A model generated the notes under the pieces. That model saw only the letters and a program-made list of their open reading frames with translations, had not been told where the DNA came from and ran no database searches. Below, in pieces: positions 9,266-17,811 of a DNA stretch of 64,000 bases (positions are counted from its first letter, which is position 1; each line of letters begins with the position of its first letter). The stretch comes from a virus (lineage: Duplodnaviria > Caudoviricetes): the IMG/VR virus record IMGVR_UViG_3300038441_000626, positions 1,428-65,427 of that record. One strand, 5' to 3'. The translations under genes were made by a program, and so were the position numbers.

Positions 9266-11556
9266 GCAAACGGACTCGCTACCGAAAGAAACACACCGCG
9301 TCCTGCATCCTTGGGGCAGTTGGTGCTATCGGTAGAGCAGGTCTTCGGCAGTTACCGAAGGCTGCTAAGTGGACAGCTAAGAATGTCGGAGTTCCGTGGG
9401 CAGTGTCTGAGGCTACAGTCGCGGGTGTCAGGGGCGGCCAAAGAATAGCGAGGGGCAGACCGAAAACTAAGCAGGAGGTTGCAAAAGAAGAGAGTACATA
9501 CGACACCACCGATCTGGCGATCGACCTAGTGATCCCCACAGTCGGCGGTTTGTTCATGGGCGGGATTCCGGGTATCATCGTAGGCACCTTGGCTGCTGAG
9601 GGCGTCAAGGGAATTCGCGGGATGTTCAAGAATAAAGCCGGCCAAACAGTCGTGCGAGTTCCTAAGAGTCAAGCGGGCAAGGTGATGAATGCGGTCAAGA
9701 AGGAGAAAGTTCATGTCGCTACTCACGGTCCTGGTGTACCTCGACCTGGTATTAAGCCTGGCATTCGTCCTAGGTCCGTACCTGCTCCTTCTAGTAGTGG
9801 CGGTGGAGGAGGAGTCGACGGTCGAAGTACACGAGACGACTACAAACGCGACAGCATAGGTCGTTTCGCGGGCTTTGAATCCCGTCGCCTGGCCTATATG
9901 GGACTACAGCAGCGACAGAAATACGAGATGGGTCTCGTTGATGACCCATGGGATGTCGCGTTACCCATCGTAGGATGGGCAGCTGCTGGTGGGTGGGGCG
10001 CACTCACTGTTTATCTCGCCGGTAAGGGCATCAAGGCTCTTGTTGGAAAAGGTCGAGTCCAGGTTGCCCCTGAGGATGCTGCCAAGGCTAAAGCGCTCAT
10101 CGAGAAGAAGGGTGCCCGCGTCGGTAAGGCCGCAAAGGTGCGGAAGGCGATCAAGAAGCGCGACGAGCTCGCCGATTACGCCAGGTCATATGGCGGGATC
10201 GAGAACGTTCCCGATAAAGTATTCCGCGATTTGAAGAAAGCTCAAGAGGGCGTTCAGGGGCACGAGGAGCGGCAACACGAGAAGAGTCGCTCTAGATTGG
10301 ATCGAAAGTATAAGCGCGATTCTGAAGGGCAGTTCGCGGGCTTCGAGATGCTAAATGATCCCGGTGCCTCGATGGGCATCGGAAACGTAGTTCGGAAAGG
10401 GCTAGTTGGAGCAAAGCGCGCGCTTAGGCAGAAGTTTCGCGAGACCGGAACACGTATCTTGACACCGGGTGGTACTACGCATCAATGGGCGGATTCTGCA
10501 ACTGAGCACACACCAAGCGCCCTTCGTGCTGCTGCGCATATATTAGGCAGCAAACCCTCTAGATACGTGCGGTCGACTGCGGGTGAGCAGTTCAAGAAAG
10601 CAGCAAGAACTGCTGGGCAAGCTGCTAAGGATGTCGCGCCGTATGCTGCTATTGTCGGTGGCGCAGCTGGCGGTGCAGCTTTACTTCGTAAGTACAAACG
10701 AGATCGTGAAGGTCAGTTTGCCGAATTGGGCCTTGGTCGAAAGATCGCGGTTAGCGCAAGGCGTGGCCTTCGTAAGAGATTTCGTGAGACTGGGCTACAA
10801 AGTTACGGCAGGTACTACCCCGACGAGTACTATAAGCGTCGTGATGTGCGCCACCAGCTCCACGGACCAACAAGAGGTCGATCACAGCCGGTTGTGAAGT
10901 ACAAGTTCCCAGTTCCTGGTGCCGCGATGGGCCCAACGCAGGGCAAGCACATCGCTAAGCTCGTCCAGGGTACCCGTCGAGGACTTCGAAAGCACTTCAC
11001 CGAGTCAGGCTTTAGAGTTAAGGGTCGACACGAGTACAATAAAAAGGTACGTGGTTTCGAACCTGATGTGCCTGGCGTGCCACGTCAACAGAAGATGCGG
11101 GAGTATCATCCCTATGCGAACGTTGAACCGACCAGACGTGTTAACCTTCTTAAGGCGCCCGGAAGCATACTGAAGAGTACGATCTCGGGTGCCGGTCAGC
11201 GCATACGAGGGATTCCTGTGCCGAGACAGATGTCTCCACAGATGAAGAAAGCTATGCTGGCTGGCAGTTTTGCAGCTGCCATTGCTATCGCTCACAGCGC
11301 CTGGCAACGCTATCGCGATCAGTCGGCTGAACGTTCAGCCGAGATGGCTGGCGAGGCGGGACGTGCTGGACAGTTCGGAAAGCGCTTGCTGAGACGTACT
11401 ATTCCCGGCTTTTTGGTACACGAGGGCAAGCGCCTCGCTAAAGGCATCGCGGTTCGCGGCGGGAAGAAAGTTGCTAAGAAAACAGCTAGGGAGTACAAGC
11501 GCGACCGAGAGGGCCAGTTCACCGGGTTCGAGATGCTCAACGATCCTAACGTGTAA
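9262..11556 (+). CDS. Basic modular protein with four YKRDxxGxF repeats; putative internal virion polyprotein
   Basis: 764-aa ORF coupled to terL (ATGA overlap); repeated YKRDxxG[RQ]F and RRxLRxxFxExG units; hydrophobic helices. Confidence 0.7.
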   Translation: MSKRTRYRKKHTASCILGAVGAIGRAGLRQLPKAAKWTAKNVGVPWAVSEATVAGVRGGQRIARGRPKTKQEVAKEESTYDTTDLAIDLVIPTVGGLFMGGIPGIIVGTLAAEGVKGIRGMFKNKAGQTVVRVPKSQAGKVMNAVKKEKVHVATHGPGVPRPGIKPGIRPRSVPAPSSSGGGGGVDGRSTRDDYKRDSIGRFAGFESRRLAYMGLQQRQKYEMGLVDDPWDVALPIVGWAAAGGWGALTVYLAGKGIKALVGKGRVQVAPEDAAKAKALIEKKGARVGKAAKVRKAIKKRDELADYARSYGGIENVPDKVFRDLKKAQEGVQGHEERQHEKSRSRLDRKYKRDSEGQFAGFEMLNDPGASMGIGNVVRKGLVGAKRALRQKFRETGTRILTPGGTTHQWADSATEHTPSALRAAAHILGSKPSRYVRSTAGEQFKKAARTAGQAAKDVAPYAAIVGGAAGGAALLRKYKRDREGQFAELGLGRKIAVSARRGLRKRFRETGLQSYGRYYPDEYYKRRDVRHQLHGPTRGRSQPVVKYKFPVPGAAMGPTQGKHIAKLVQGTRRGLRKHFTESGFRVKGRHEYNKKVRGFEPDVPGVPRQQKMREYHPYANVEPTRRVNLLKAPGSILKSTISGAGQRIRGIPVPRQMSPQMKKAMLAGSFAAAIAIAHSAWQRYRDQSAERSAEMAGEAGRAGQFGKRLLRRTIPGFLVHEGKRLAKGIAVRGGKKVAKKTAREYKRDREGQFTGFEMLNDPNV

Positions 11557-11568
11557 AGGAGATCAAAT

Positions 11569-12369
11569 ATGGTGTCGCGTCGTCAAGCTTACGAAATGGG
11601 ATTTGATGAGGGCTATACTGCGGGTTACGAGTTCGGCATCGGAAGTGCTATCGGGAAGATTGGTCGCAAAGCTCTTGTCAGCGGTCGACGGGCAATCGGT
11701 TCTGGTGGAAGAGCTGCTATTAAAAGTGGTGCTGCGAAGGCGCAGCGCGCTGGTAGGGTAGCCTCGGTCACTGGTCGGCGCGCGTTCCGGCAGGGAGCTG
11801 CTAAAGTTGGCGGTGCTGCACGAACCGCTGGACGAAATGCCCAGATTGCTGGTGGACGTATCGCGGAAGGAGCTGCTAAGGTCGGTGCCAAGGCGCAGCG
11901 CGCCGGTCGAGTAGCCTCAGTTAGTGGACGACGCGCAGCACGTCAGGGAGCCGCCAAAGTTGGCGGCGCCGCTAGAAGCGCGGTCTCAGGCGGCGGGGCG
12001 CGGACGAGGCCTGGCGTGCACGCTCCAGGGTTCACACCGCCCAGTTCCTTTCACCGACCTATCAGTGGGGCGCCAGGAGCTGTCGGGCGAGGCTCCGCCA
12101 AGGTCGTTCAGGGCGCGCGACGTGCCGTTCGACCTACTATTGCAAAGGCCGGACGAGCTGCTCGGAAGGCATCTGTAGGAGTCCGACGAGCGGCTGGTCG
12201 ACATGGACGAGCGGCGGCTCCATATATTGCCGGTGGAGTAGCTAGTGCTGGGGTCGTTGGTGGCGCTGTCGCCGCGAAGCGCAAGTACGACCGTGACAAT
12301 GCCGGTCGCTTCGCCGGCTTCGAGTCGCGTCGGATGGCCTACATGGGTCTCATGTTGAACCAGAGATAG
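11569..12369 (+). CDS. Arg/Gly/Ala-rich basic protein, related to the upstream gene
   Basis: AAGGAG RBS; internal duplication (AKAQRAGRVASVxGRRAxRQGAAKVGGAAR x2); ends with KYDRDNAGRFAGFESRRMAYMGL. Confidence 0.75.
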   Translation: MVSRRQAYEMGFDEGYTAGYEFGIGSAIGKIGRKALVSGRRAIGSGGRAAIKSGAAKAQRAGRVASVTGRRAFRQGAAKVGGAARTAGRNAQIAGGRIAEGAAKVGAKAQRAGRVASVSGRRAARQGAAKVGGAARSAVSGGGARTRPGVHAPGFTPPSSFHRPISGAPGAVGRGSAKVVQGARRAVRPTIAKAGRAARKASVGVRRAAGRHGRAAAPYIAGGVASAGVVGGAVAAKRKYDRDNAGRFAGFESRRMAYMGLMLNQR

Positions 12370-12372
12370 TCA

Positions 12373-13839
12373 ATGGTCCTCGATCTCACTGATAATCGAA
12401 ACGGTAAGGCTAGAAAGAAGCGTTCTGAGCAGACGGTAGCCCAGGTCCTGTTCTCTGCAGGGCCGACTGGTGATCTGCCTCCGAACACTTTAGCTCTGCC
12501 ACCGCAGAACGACGGCCGATGGTACAACAAAGTCCGGCATATGCGTCGGGACCCGACTATCGGATTCCTTCGATCGGTCTACATGGCGCCCATCATTGCA
12601 GCCGAGTGGACCGTCGTGAGTGATGATCCTAAATTTGAGAACGCAGTTCCTGGGATCGTCGAGAACACCGTTAGGTTCAGGACGAAGTTTCTTCGTCACA
12701 CGATGCGAGGTCTCATAGATTATGGGTGGCAGTCTTTTGAAGTTGTCAGAGGTCAGCGAGCCACGGGCGAGCTTTATGTCGAGAAGCTTAAGCCGTTGCT
12801 TCCCGACCTCACAGAGATTCTCGTCGATCCCTATGGTAATCTCGTCGGACTCAAGAATGACACCGTCTACAGCAACTTTGTCCTCACCACCGCGACCTCC
12901 GTCTACCTGTACCGCGGAGAATGTATAGTCCTGTACCGTGACGCCGAAGGCACTAATTGGTATGGGGAACCTCTCGCTCGTCGATACGAGCGCTCGTTTA
13001 ACTCTTGGAACGAATCAGACGATGCCGCGCGCCGTTTTGATAACAAAGTGGCCGGCGCCTCGTGGGTCGTGTATTATCCCGAAGGAACCAGTACCTATAA
13101 CGGCCTCGAGAACACCGACAATGCAACTATCGCTAAGGACATTGCGGCAGGGCTAGTATCCTCTGGCAAGGTTGTCGTGCCCAACAAGGTGATGAATACT
13201 GTTGATGCCCTAAACGGCGTGGATCCCTCTAGGGCAGCCTGGCGCATTGAATTGCTATCTGCAAACACACAGCAAGCCACGTTCGTCGATCGTGGCAAAT
13301 ATCTTGACTCGCTCAAAGCTCGGGCGATGGACATCCCTGAAAGGGCGATCTTCGAAGGGCAGTTCGGTACAAAAGCGGAAGCGGAGGCGCATGCTGACTT
13401 CGCGATCGACAACCTGGAGATGGCCCACCAGGAACTGCTCGAACTCTTCAACGAGCAGTATGTGGATTACCTGTTGGAGGTGAATCACGGTCCTGACTAC
13501 AAAGAAAAGGTGCGTGTCGTTGCTACACCGCTGACTGACCAGAAGCGAAATTTAGTTAAGAAGCTTTACGATCAGCACTGGGCGAGTCAGACTGGGCAGG
13601 CCCAAGAATCTGACGCGATCGACTGGTCAGCGATCAGGGATCAGTTGGGTGTTCCGATCCGTAAGGACTACGTCGATCAGGTTCAAAAAGAGAATCAGAG
13701 TGCTAAATCTCGTCGTGTAGCGTATCTGGCTAAAAAGGCTGCGAGGGAGAGACCTAGTGCCCAGCCCGCCGGACCAAATCCCGATCGAGCGCCCACACCA
13801 GTCCCCGAACGGGGACCTGACAGGGATGCCGAGGGTTGA
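12373..13839 (+). CDS. Portal protein (Mu gp29/DUF935-like)
   Basis: 488 aa; MRRDPTI, IDYGWQSFEV, NWYGEPL, GTKAEAEAH resemble Mu gp29-type portals; position after terL. Confidence 0.85.
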   Translation: MVLDLTDNRNGKARKKRSEQTVAQVLFSAGPTGDLPPNTLALPPQNDGRWYNKVRHMRRDPTIGFLRSVYMAPIIAAEWTVVSDDPKFENAVPGIVENTVRFRTKFLRHTMRGLIDYGWQSFEVVRGQRATGELYVEKLKPLLPDLTEILVDPYGNLVGLKNDTVYSNFVLTTATSVYLYRGECIVLYRDAEGTNWYGEPLARRYERSFNSWNESDDAARRFDNKVAGASWVVYYPEGTSTYNGLENTDNATIAKDIAAGLVSSGKVVVPNKVMNTVDALNGVDPSRAAWRIELLSANTQQATFVDRGKYLDSLKARAMDIPERAIFEGQFGTKAEAEAHADFAIDNLEMAHQELLELFNEQYVDYLLEVNHGPDYKEKVRVVATPLTDQKRNLVKKLYDQHWASQTGQAQESDAIDWSAIRDQLGVPIRKDYVDQVQKENQSAKSRRVAYLAKKAARERPSAQPAGPNPDRAPTPVPERGPDRDAEG

Positions 13840-14140
13840 TGCCTACATAAAGGTCATCAAGTACCTCGGCTTCCCGATCGTATTCGGGGGCGTGATGCTG
13901 TGGATTTTCTGGGAACTGATCGGCGACTACCGCGCGTCGATCAAGGAAAGCACGATCGCCCAGAAGCAGACCGCGGATGCGCTCCTGGAACTGAAGGTCG
14001 TGCGCGAATCGCACATGAAGCAGCAACTGGAGCAGACTAAAGCCGTCAACGATACACTGAATGTACTCCGGGAGATCATGGCTGAGCGTCGAGATATCAT
14101 GCGTGAGATGATCGAGAAAGAACGGGAGAAAGTCAAATGA
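13826..14140 (+). CDS. Holin-like membrane protein (one TM plus coiled coil)
   Basis: YLGFPIVFGGVMLWIFW segment followed by a charged helical tail. Confidence 0.55.
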   Translation: MPRVDAYIKVIKYLGFPIVFGGVMLWIFWELIGDYRASIKESTIAQKQTADALLELKVVRESHMKQQLEQTKAVNDTLNVLREIMAERRDIMREMIEKEREKVK

Positions 14141-14295
14141 ACTGGGATAAACTGGTACTGATCTGTCTCGCTGTTTGGGCTTTTCTATTCGGGCTGTTAA
14201 CGGTCACTAACATTAAAGTCGAGTGGGGAAACCCGATTATGGGATTCGCCGCACTCGTCCTTGGAATTGTGTGCCTGATCCGGGCTTTTCGGTAA
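14137..14295 (+). CDS. 52-aa two-TM membrane protein (not in ORF track)
   Basis: MNWDKLVLICLAVWAFLFGLL...FAALVLGIVCLIRAFR; ATGA overlap with upstream stop. Confidence 0.65.
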   Translation: MNWDKLVLICLAVWAFLFGLLTVTNIKVEWGNPIMGFAALVLGIVCLIRAFR

Positions 14296-14304
14296 GGAAA
14301 TACT

Positions 14305-15090
14305 ATGAGGTATGCTGCGACGATCACTATATTATCCGCTATACTATTAGCTGGACGACCGCTGATCGAGGAAGACACGGTTGATCCTGCAGCGCGAAAA
14401 CCCGCCAGTGAACCTATTCCGCCGCCACCTGATCAGCTTTTGCCGCCAGACGCGCCGCGCGTAGTGTTACCCGATAAGGTTACAGGAGGAATCGCTGAGT
14501 TTATTACGGTCACGGCAGTCACCAACGGTATTGAGTGCCGTTGGGTGGCGATGGATAAAGGACTGAATGTCTTCCCATCGGAGCAACTGAAGGATAGTCG
14601 TTCAACAGTCGTCACGTCGAACGCAGCGGGGAATTATCGCCTGCTGGCCTACACGGCATTGGGAAGCGTTCCCAGCCATCCGGCGACGACGATGGTGGTC
14701 GTGCTGCACGGCGGTCAGCCGCCGCCAAATCCGCAACCACAACCAGAGCCATCGCCGGAACCGGAACCACCGCCGACTCCGGCGATTGCTCTGTGGGTCA
14801 TTACAGTCGATGCTGCGACTATTAGGAGTCCACAGGTAGCCGCTGTGCTTGGGGACGCAGCTCTATGGAGTAATCTGACGGCACGCGGTCATCATTGGCG
14901 GAAAATGAACGCGAGTGATCCCGAGGCCGCGAAATACGCCAACCAGATTGCTACGAACGGAGGCGTACCAGTAGTGATCCTGCTGGAACACGCAACAGCA
15001 AAGTGGCTGAACCAGACTCCAGCCGATCTGAAATTTCCGGCGACTTCTGATGGAATGCAAACACTTATATCAAAATACACTACCAAATGA
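14305..15090 (+). CDS. Secreted two-domain protein with Pro-rich linkers; C-terminal domain possibly thioredoxin-like
   Basis: N-terminal signal-like segment; PPPNPQPQPEPSPEPEPPP linker; GVPVVILL...FPAT tail; no CxxC. Confidence 0.6.
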   Translation: MRYAATITILSAILLAGRPLIEEDTVDPAARKPASEPIPPPPDQLLPPDAPRVVLPDKVTGGIAEFITVTAVTNGIECRWVAMDKGLNVFPSEQLKDSRSTVVTSNAAGNYRLLAYTALGSVPSHPATTMVVVLHGGQPPPNPQPQPEPSPEPEPPPTPAIALWVITVDAATIRSPQVAAVLGDAALWSNLTARGHHWRKMNASDPEAAKYANQIATNGGVPVVILLEHATAKWLNQTPADLKFPATSDGMQTLISKYTTK

Positions 15091-15167
15091 GCCTCGCAAT
15101 CTGCATTATAGTGTTTACGGTCCTGCTAGTTGTCGCCTACGTAGTAACAAAGGATGATTTCAGATAA
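15087..15167 (+). CDS. 26-aa single-TM peptide (not in ORF track)
   Basis: MSLAICIIVFTVLLVVAYVVTKDDFR; coupled on both sides (ATGA and TAATG). Confidence 0.55.
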   Translation: MSLAICIIVFTVLLVVAYVVTKDDFR

Positions 15168-15991
15168 TGGCTCTTGATGAGATCCTCGACGACACTGGGC
15201 ACCCTTGGAAACTGGGCTGGAAGCCCCCGCCACCCCAGCAGGCCAAACTCCGCTCCGCTCGTACGTCATTGCAGGATTACCGGGTCGCTGCTGGTATGCC
15301 TCCGCTGATTCCCCGTTCCGAGTGGGTGCCGATTGATCTGGTGACGGGCTACCCGCTGGCACTCATCGAAGATCAGCGGAACTATGGCTCATGCACCGCT
15401 GCGACCGCCACAGGTGCTGGGAACAGGATGCGGCATTTCCGTGGGCAGCCGTATGTCTCGTTGTCGTGGTGCTGGCTCTACGACCAGGTGAATGGCGGCC
15501 GGGATCAGGGCAGTAACATCGACTACTGCAATGAAGTCGTACGTCGTGAAGGTGTTCCTCCGATGTCGGCTTATCCCGACTGCACGTTCAATAGCAATTA
15601 TGATCCCCAGGGCGTTCCGTACTACCGCGAGGATGTAGAGGTCAGAGTCGATTCCTTCGACGAAATCTGCACAGCGATCCAGATGCTGATGTTCCCACAG
15701 TTCCCAGTCGATGCTGCTAATTGCCAGCAATTTGACGGCGACGGAATCGGGATCGGCAATGGACGCAATCCGAATCATTCTGTCTACGGGGCCGGCCTGG
15801 AATTTGTCAGAGGAATCTGGGTCGTGCGGGGAGTCAACTCGTGGAGGACGAGTTTCGGTCCGTTCGACGATGGGACATGGAGAATGACAGAGAGCCAGAT
15901 CGATGGCTGCGATGTCTACCAGGATGGAATTGCCCATGCGTCTACCCTATCGCCAGTCGATAGCGGTGTTCCTGATCCTGTACTGGTATGA
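15167..15991 (+). CDS. Papain-like (C1 family) cysteine peptidase
   Basis: DQRNYGSCTA (Gln/Cys), NHSVYGAG (His), NSW (Asn). Confidence 0.85.
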   Translation: MALDEILDDTGHPWKLGWKPPPPQQAKLRSARTSLQDYRVAAGMPPLIPRSEWVPIDLVTGYPLALIEDQRNYGSCTAATATGAGNRMRHFRGQPYVSLSWCWLYDQVNGGRDQGSNIDYCNEVVRREGVPPMSAYPDCTFNSNYDPQGVPYYREDVEVRVDSFDEICTAIQMLMFPQFPVDAANCQQFDGDGIGIGNGRNPNHSVYGAGLEFVRGIWVVRGVNSWRTSFGPFDDGTWRMTESQIDGCDVYQDGIAHASTLSPVDSGVPDPVLV

Positions 15992-16758
15992 GGTGCGCCA
16001 TGCGAATCATTTTTCTGGCCCTGATCCCGACTATTGCCTGCGCTGCTGATCTGCCGAGTTACCCAGTTGTGATGCCGACGCCGGTGGCAGTGACGTTACC
16101 ATCGTCACCTAACCCTCAAATTCCGGTGGTCTGGGCACCAGCTGGAACTAAACCACCTCCGACTCGTTTGAATTCTGGTGGCGCTTGCCCGCAAAACCAG
16201 TTCAGCGGGTCGGAGGGTTTTGCCTCGCCTACCCCGCTCGTGGAAGTTCGGCGCGTTTTGGCCCTTCTGCGCCCGCAACCCCACGAGCGGTTTGTAGATT
16301 TTGGATGTGGCGATGCGAGATGGTTGATTGAGGCCACGAAGATCTATGGATGCAAGTCGGTTGGCATCGAGATCGACCCAGTTCAGGCCCAGAAGGCTCA
16401 ACAGGCAGTCATCACAGCTGGTTTAGTAGACAAGATTCAGATTGTTCAAGGAGATGCGACCACTATTGACGTTGATGCTCAAGTCGGAGTCGCGTATCTT
16501 TATCCTGATGTATTGACCAAACTCAAACCAAAACTACTGAAACTCAGTAGATTTGCTACGTACATGCATCCCGTTGATGGCCTGCAACAGCAACAGAACG
16601 GTGATGCTTGGATATGGCAGAAGTCTGCACCCGTTCAACAGGTTCAGCAGACGCAATCCGGATATACTTGGTATGGTGGCCAGGCTTACACTGGCCGTGT
16701 TTGTAACAATCCATACTGTGCGATGTGTAATGCCATCGCTCGGCAACTTGGGAGATAA
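15988..16758 (+). CDS. Class I SAM-dependent methyltransferase with signal-like N-terminus
   Basis: VDFGCGDAR, GIEID, IVQGDA motifs; C-terminal CNNPYCAMC. Confidence 0.8.
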   Translation: MRCAMRIIFLALIPTIACAADLPSYPVVMPTPVAVTLPSSPNPQIPVVWAPAGTKPPPTRLNSGGACPQNQFSGSEGFASPTPLVEVRRVLALLRPQPHERFVDFGCGDARWLIEATKIYGCKSVGIEIDPVQAQKAQQAVITAGLVDKIQIVQGDATTIDVDAQVGVAYLYPDVLTKLKPKLLKLSRFATYMHPVDGLQQQQNGDAWIWQKSAPVQQVQQTQSGYTWYGGQAYTGRVCNNPYCAMCNAIARQLGR

Positions 16759-16760
16759 CT

Positions 16761-17051
16761 ATGATTCTGCAAGTAGGCGATAAGGTCAAGGTCAAGGAAG
16801 GTTCCGAGAAGTCTGAGGCTGATAAGGGCAAGTCGGGCGTTGTCGAGTCACTATCGAAGGGTAACGACCGCGTCGGCGTGCTGTTCGACGGCGAGGAAGA
16901 GGTCAACAACAACTACTACCAGATCGACCTCGAGACGGCCGAACAGGAGAAGGCACGAAAGGAGGAGGAAAAGGCCGAAAGGAAGGAAGCGAAAGACGCG
17001 GAAAAGGAAGCGAAGGAAGCGGATAAGTCGCATCACACGAAAAAGTTCTAG
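16761..17051 (+). CDS. Small KOW/SH3-like protein with charged tail
   Basis: LQVGDKVKV...GKSGVV pattern; GGAG RBS. Confidence 0.55.
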   Translation: MILQVGDKVKVKEGSEKSEADKGKSGVVESLSKGNDRVGVLFDGEEEVNNNYYQIDLETAEQEKARKEEEKAERKEAKDAEKEAKEADKSHHTKKF

Positions 17052-17065
17052 AGAAAGGAGCTCAG

Positions 17066-17374
17066 ATGGTATTAGCGTGTTGTTTTGGTCTGTTCTTTGG
17101 CCGGTCCTACGTAGTTCAGGAGTCCTACGTAGCGCCACCGGCCAGCGTGATGTATTACTCGGCTCCTGCGGTTCAGTACTACAGCGCGCCTGTCGCGCCA
17201 GCACCTGTCGCGCCAGCACCTCAGGTCCAGTACTATAGTGCACCTGTTCAAGCGGCGCCGATGGTCCAGTACGAGACCTATAGTGCTCCGGTATACACTG
17301 TCGTTCCGAGACGGCCTCGTGTGAGGATCGACGTAAGGGACGGATACTACAGATACAGGTACAGATCGTGGTGA
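17066..17374 (+). CDS. Tyr/Val/Pro-rich repeat protein
   Basis: AAGGAG RBS; YYSAP repeats; Arg/Tyr-rich C-terminus. Confidence 0.6.
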   Translation: MVLACCFGLFFGRSYVVQESYVAPPASVMYYSAPAVQYYSAPVAPAPVAPAPQVQYYSAPVQAAPMVQYETYSAPVYTVVPRRPRVRIDVRDGYYRYRYRSW

Positions 17375-17389
17375 GTCGTTAACACTGCG

Positions 17390-17460
17390 GCGCATCGGCG
17401 GCAGTGGCTTCAACCTTGTTGGTTGTGGCCGGCTTACGTCCGCTGCCGTCGGTGCGTTTT
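17390..17460 (+). terminator. Long hairpin followed by T run
   Basis: 17390-17407 pairs with 17440-17457 (18 bp, 4 G-U), inner CAACC/GGTTG stem, then a short T run. Confidence 0.55.
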
Positions 17461-17472
17461 AAGGAAAATCTC

Positions 17473-17808
17473 ATGGCTGAAGCCACCAATGAACAAGTCC
17501 AGGTGTTCGCCGACACGCGCATCCGGCCCGGTTGTGAGCAGATCAGGAACTTGTACTTGAAGCTCAAAGACGATCAGGCAGTGTTCGACGACATCTATGG
17601 GAACATCTCCACGGACCCCGATTGGGTTGACAGTCGTCCCGATGCACCGCCGCATCTGATGACGCCCAACGACATGCTGGCGTGGAACACGTTCGCGTCG
17701 AGGTTTGTAGAGTTCATCGAGGGAACTCTGACGGACGTAACTATGAACGAAGCGGCTAGTCAGTTTCCAGTGATTCTTGATTGCTGTGTTCGTGGTCCGG
17801 TGAGTTGA
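17473..17808 (+). CDS. Hypothetical protein
   Basis: AAGGA upstream of ATG 17473; fits gene spacing. Confidence 0.65.
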   Translation: MAEATNEQVQVFADTRIRPGCEQIRNLYLKLKDDQAVFDDIYGNISTDPDWVDSRPDAPPHLMTPNDMLAWNTFASRFVEFIEGTLTDVTMNEAASQFPVILDCCVRGPVS

Positions 17809-17811
17809 GCG

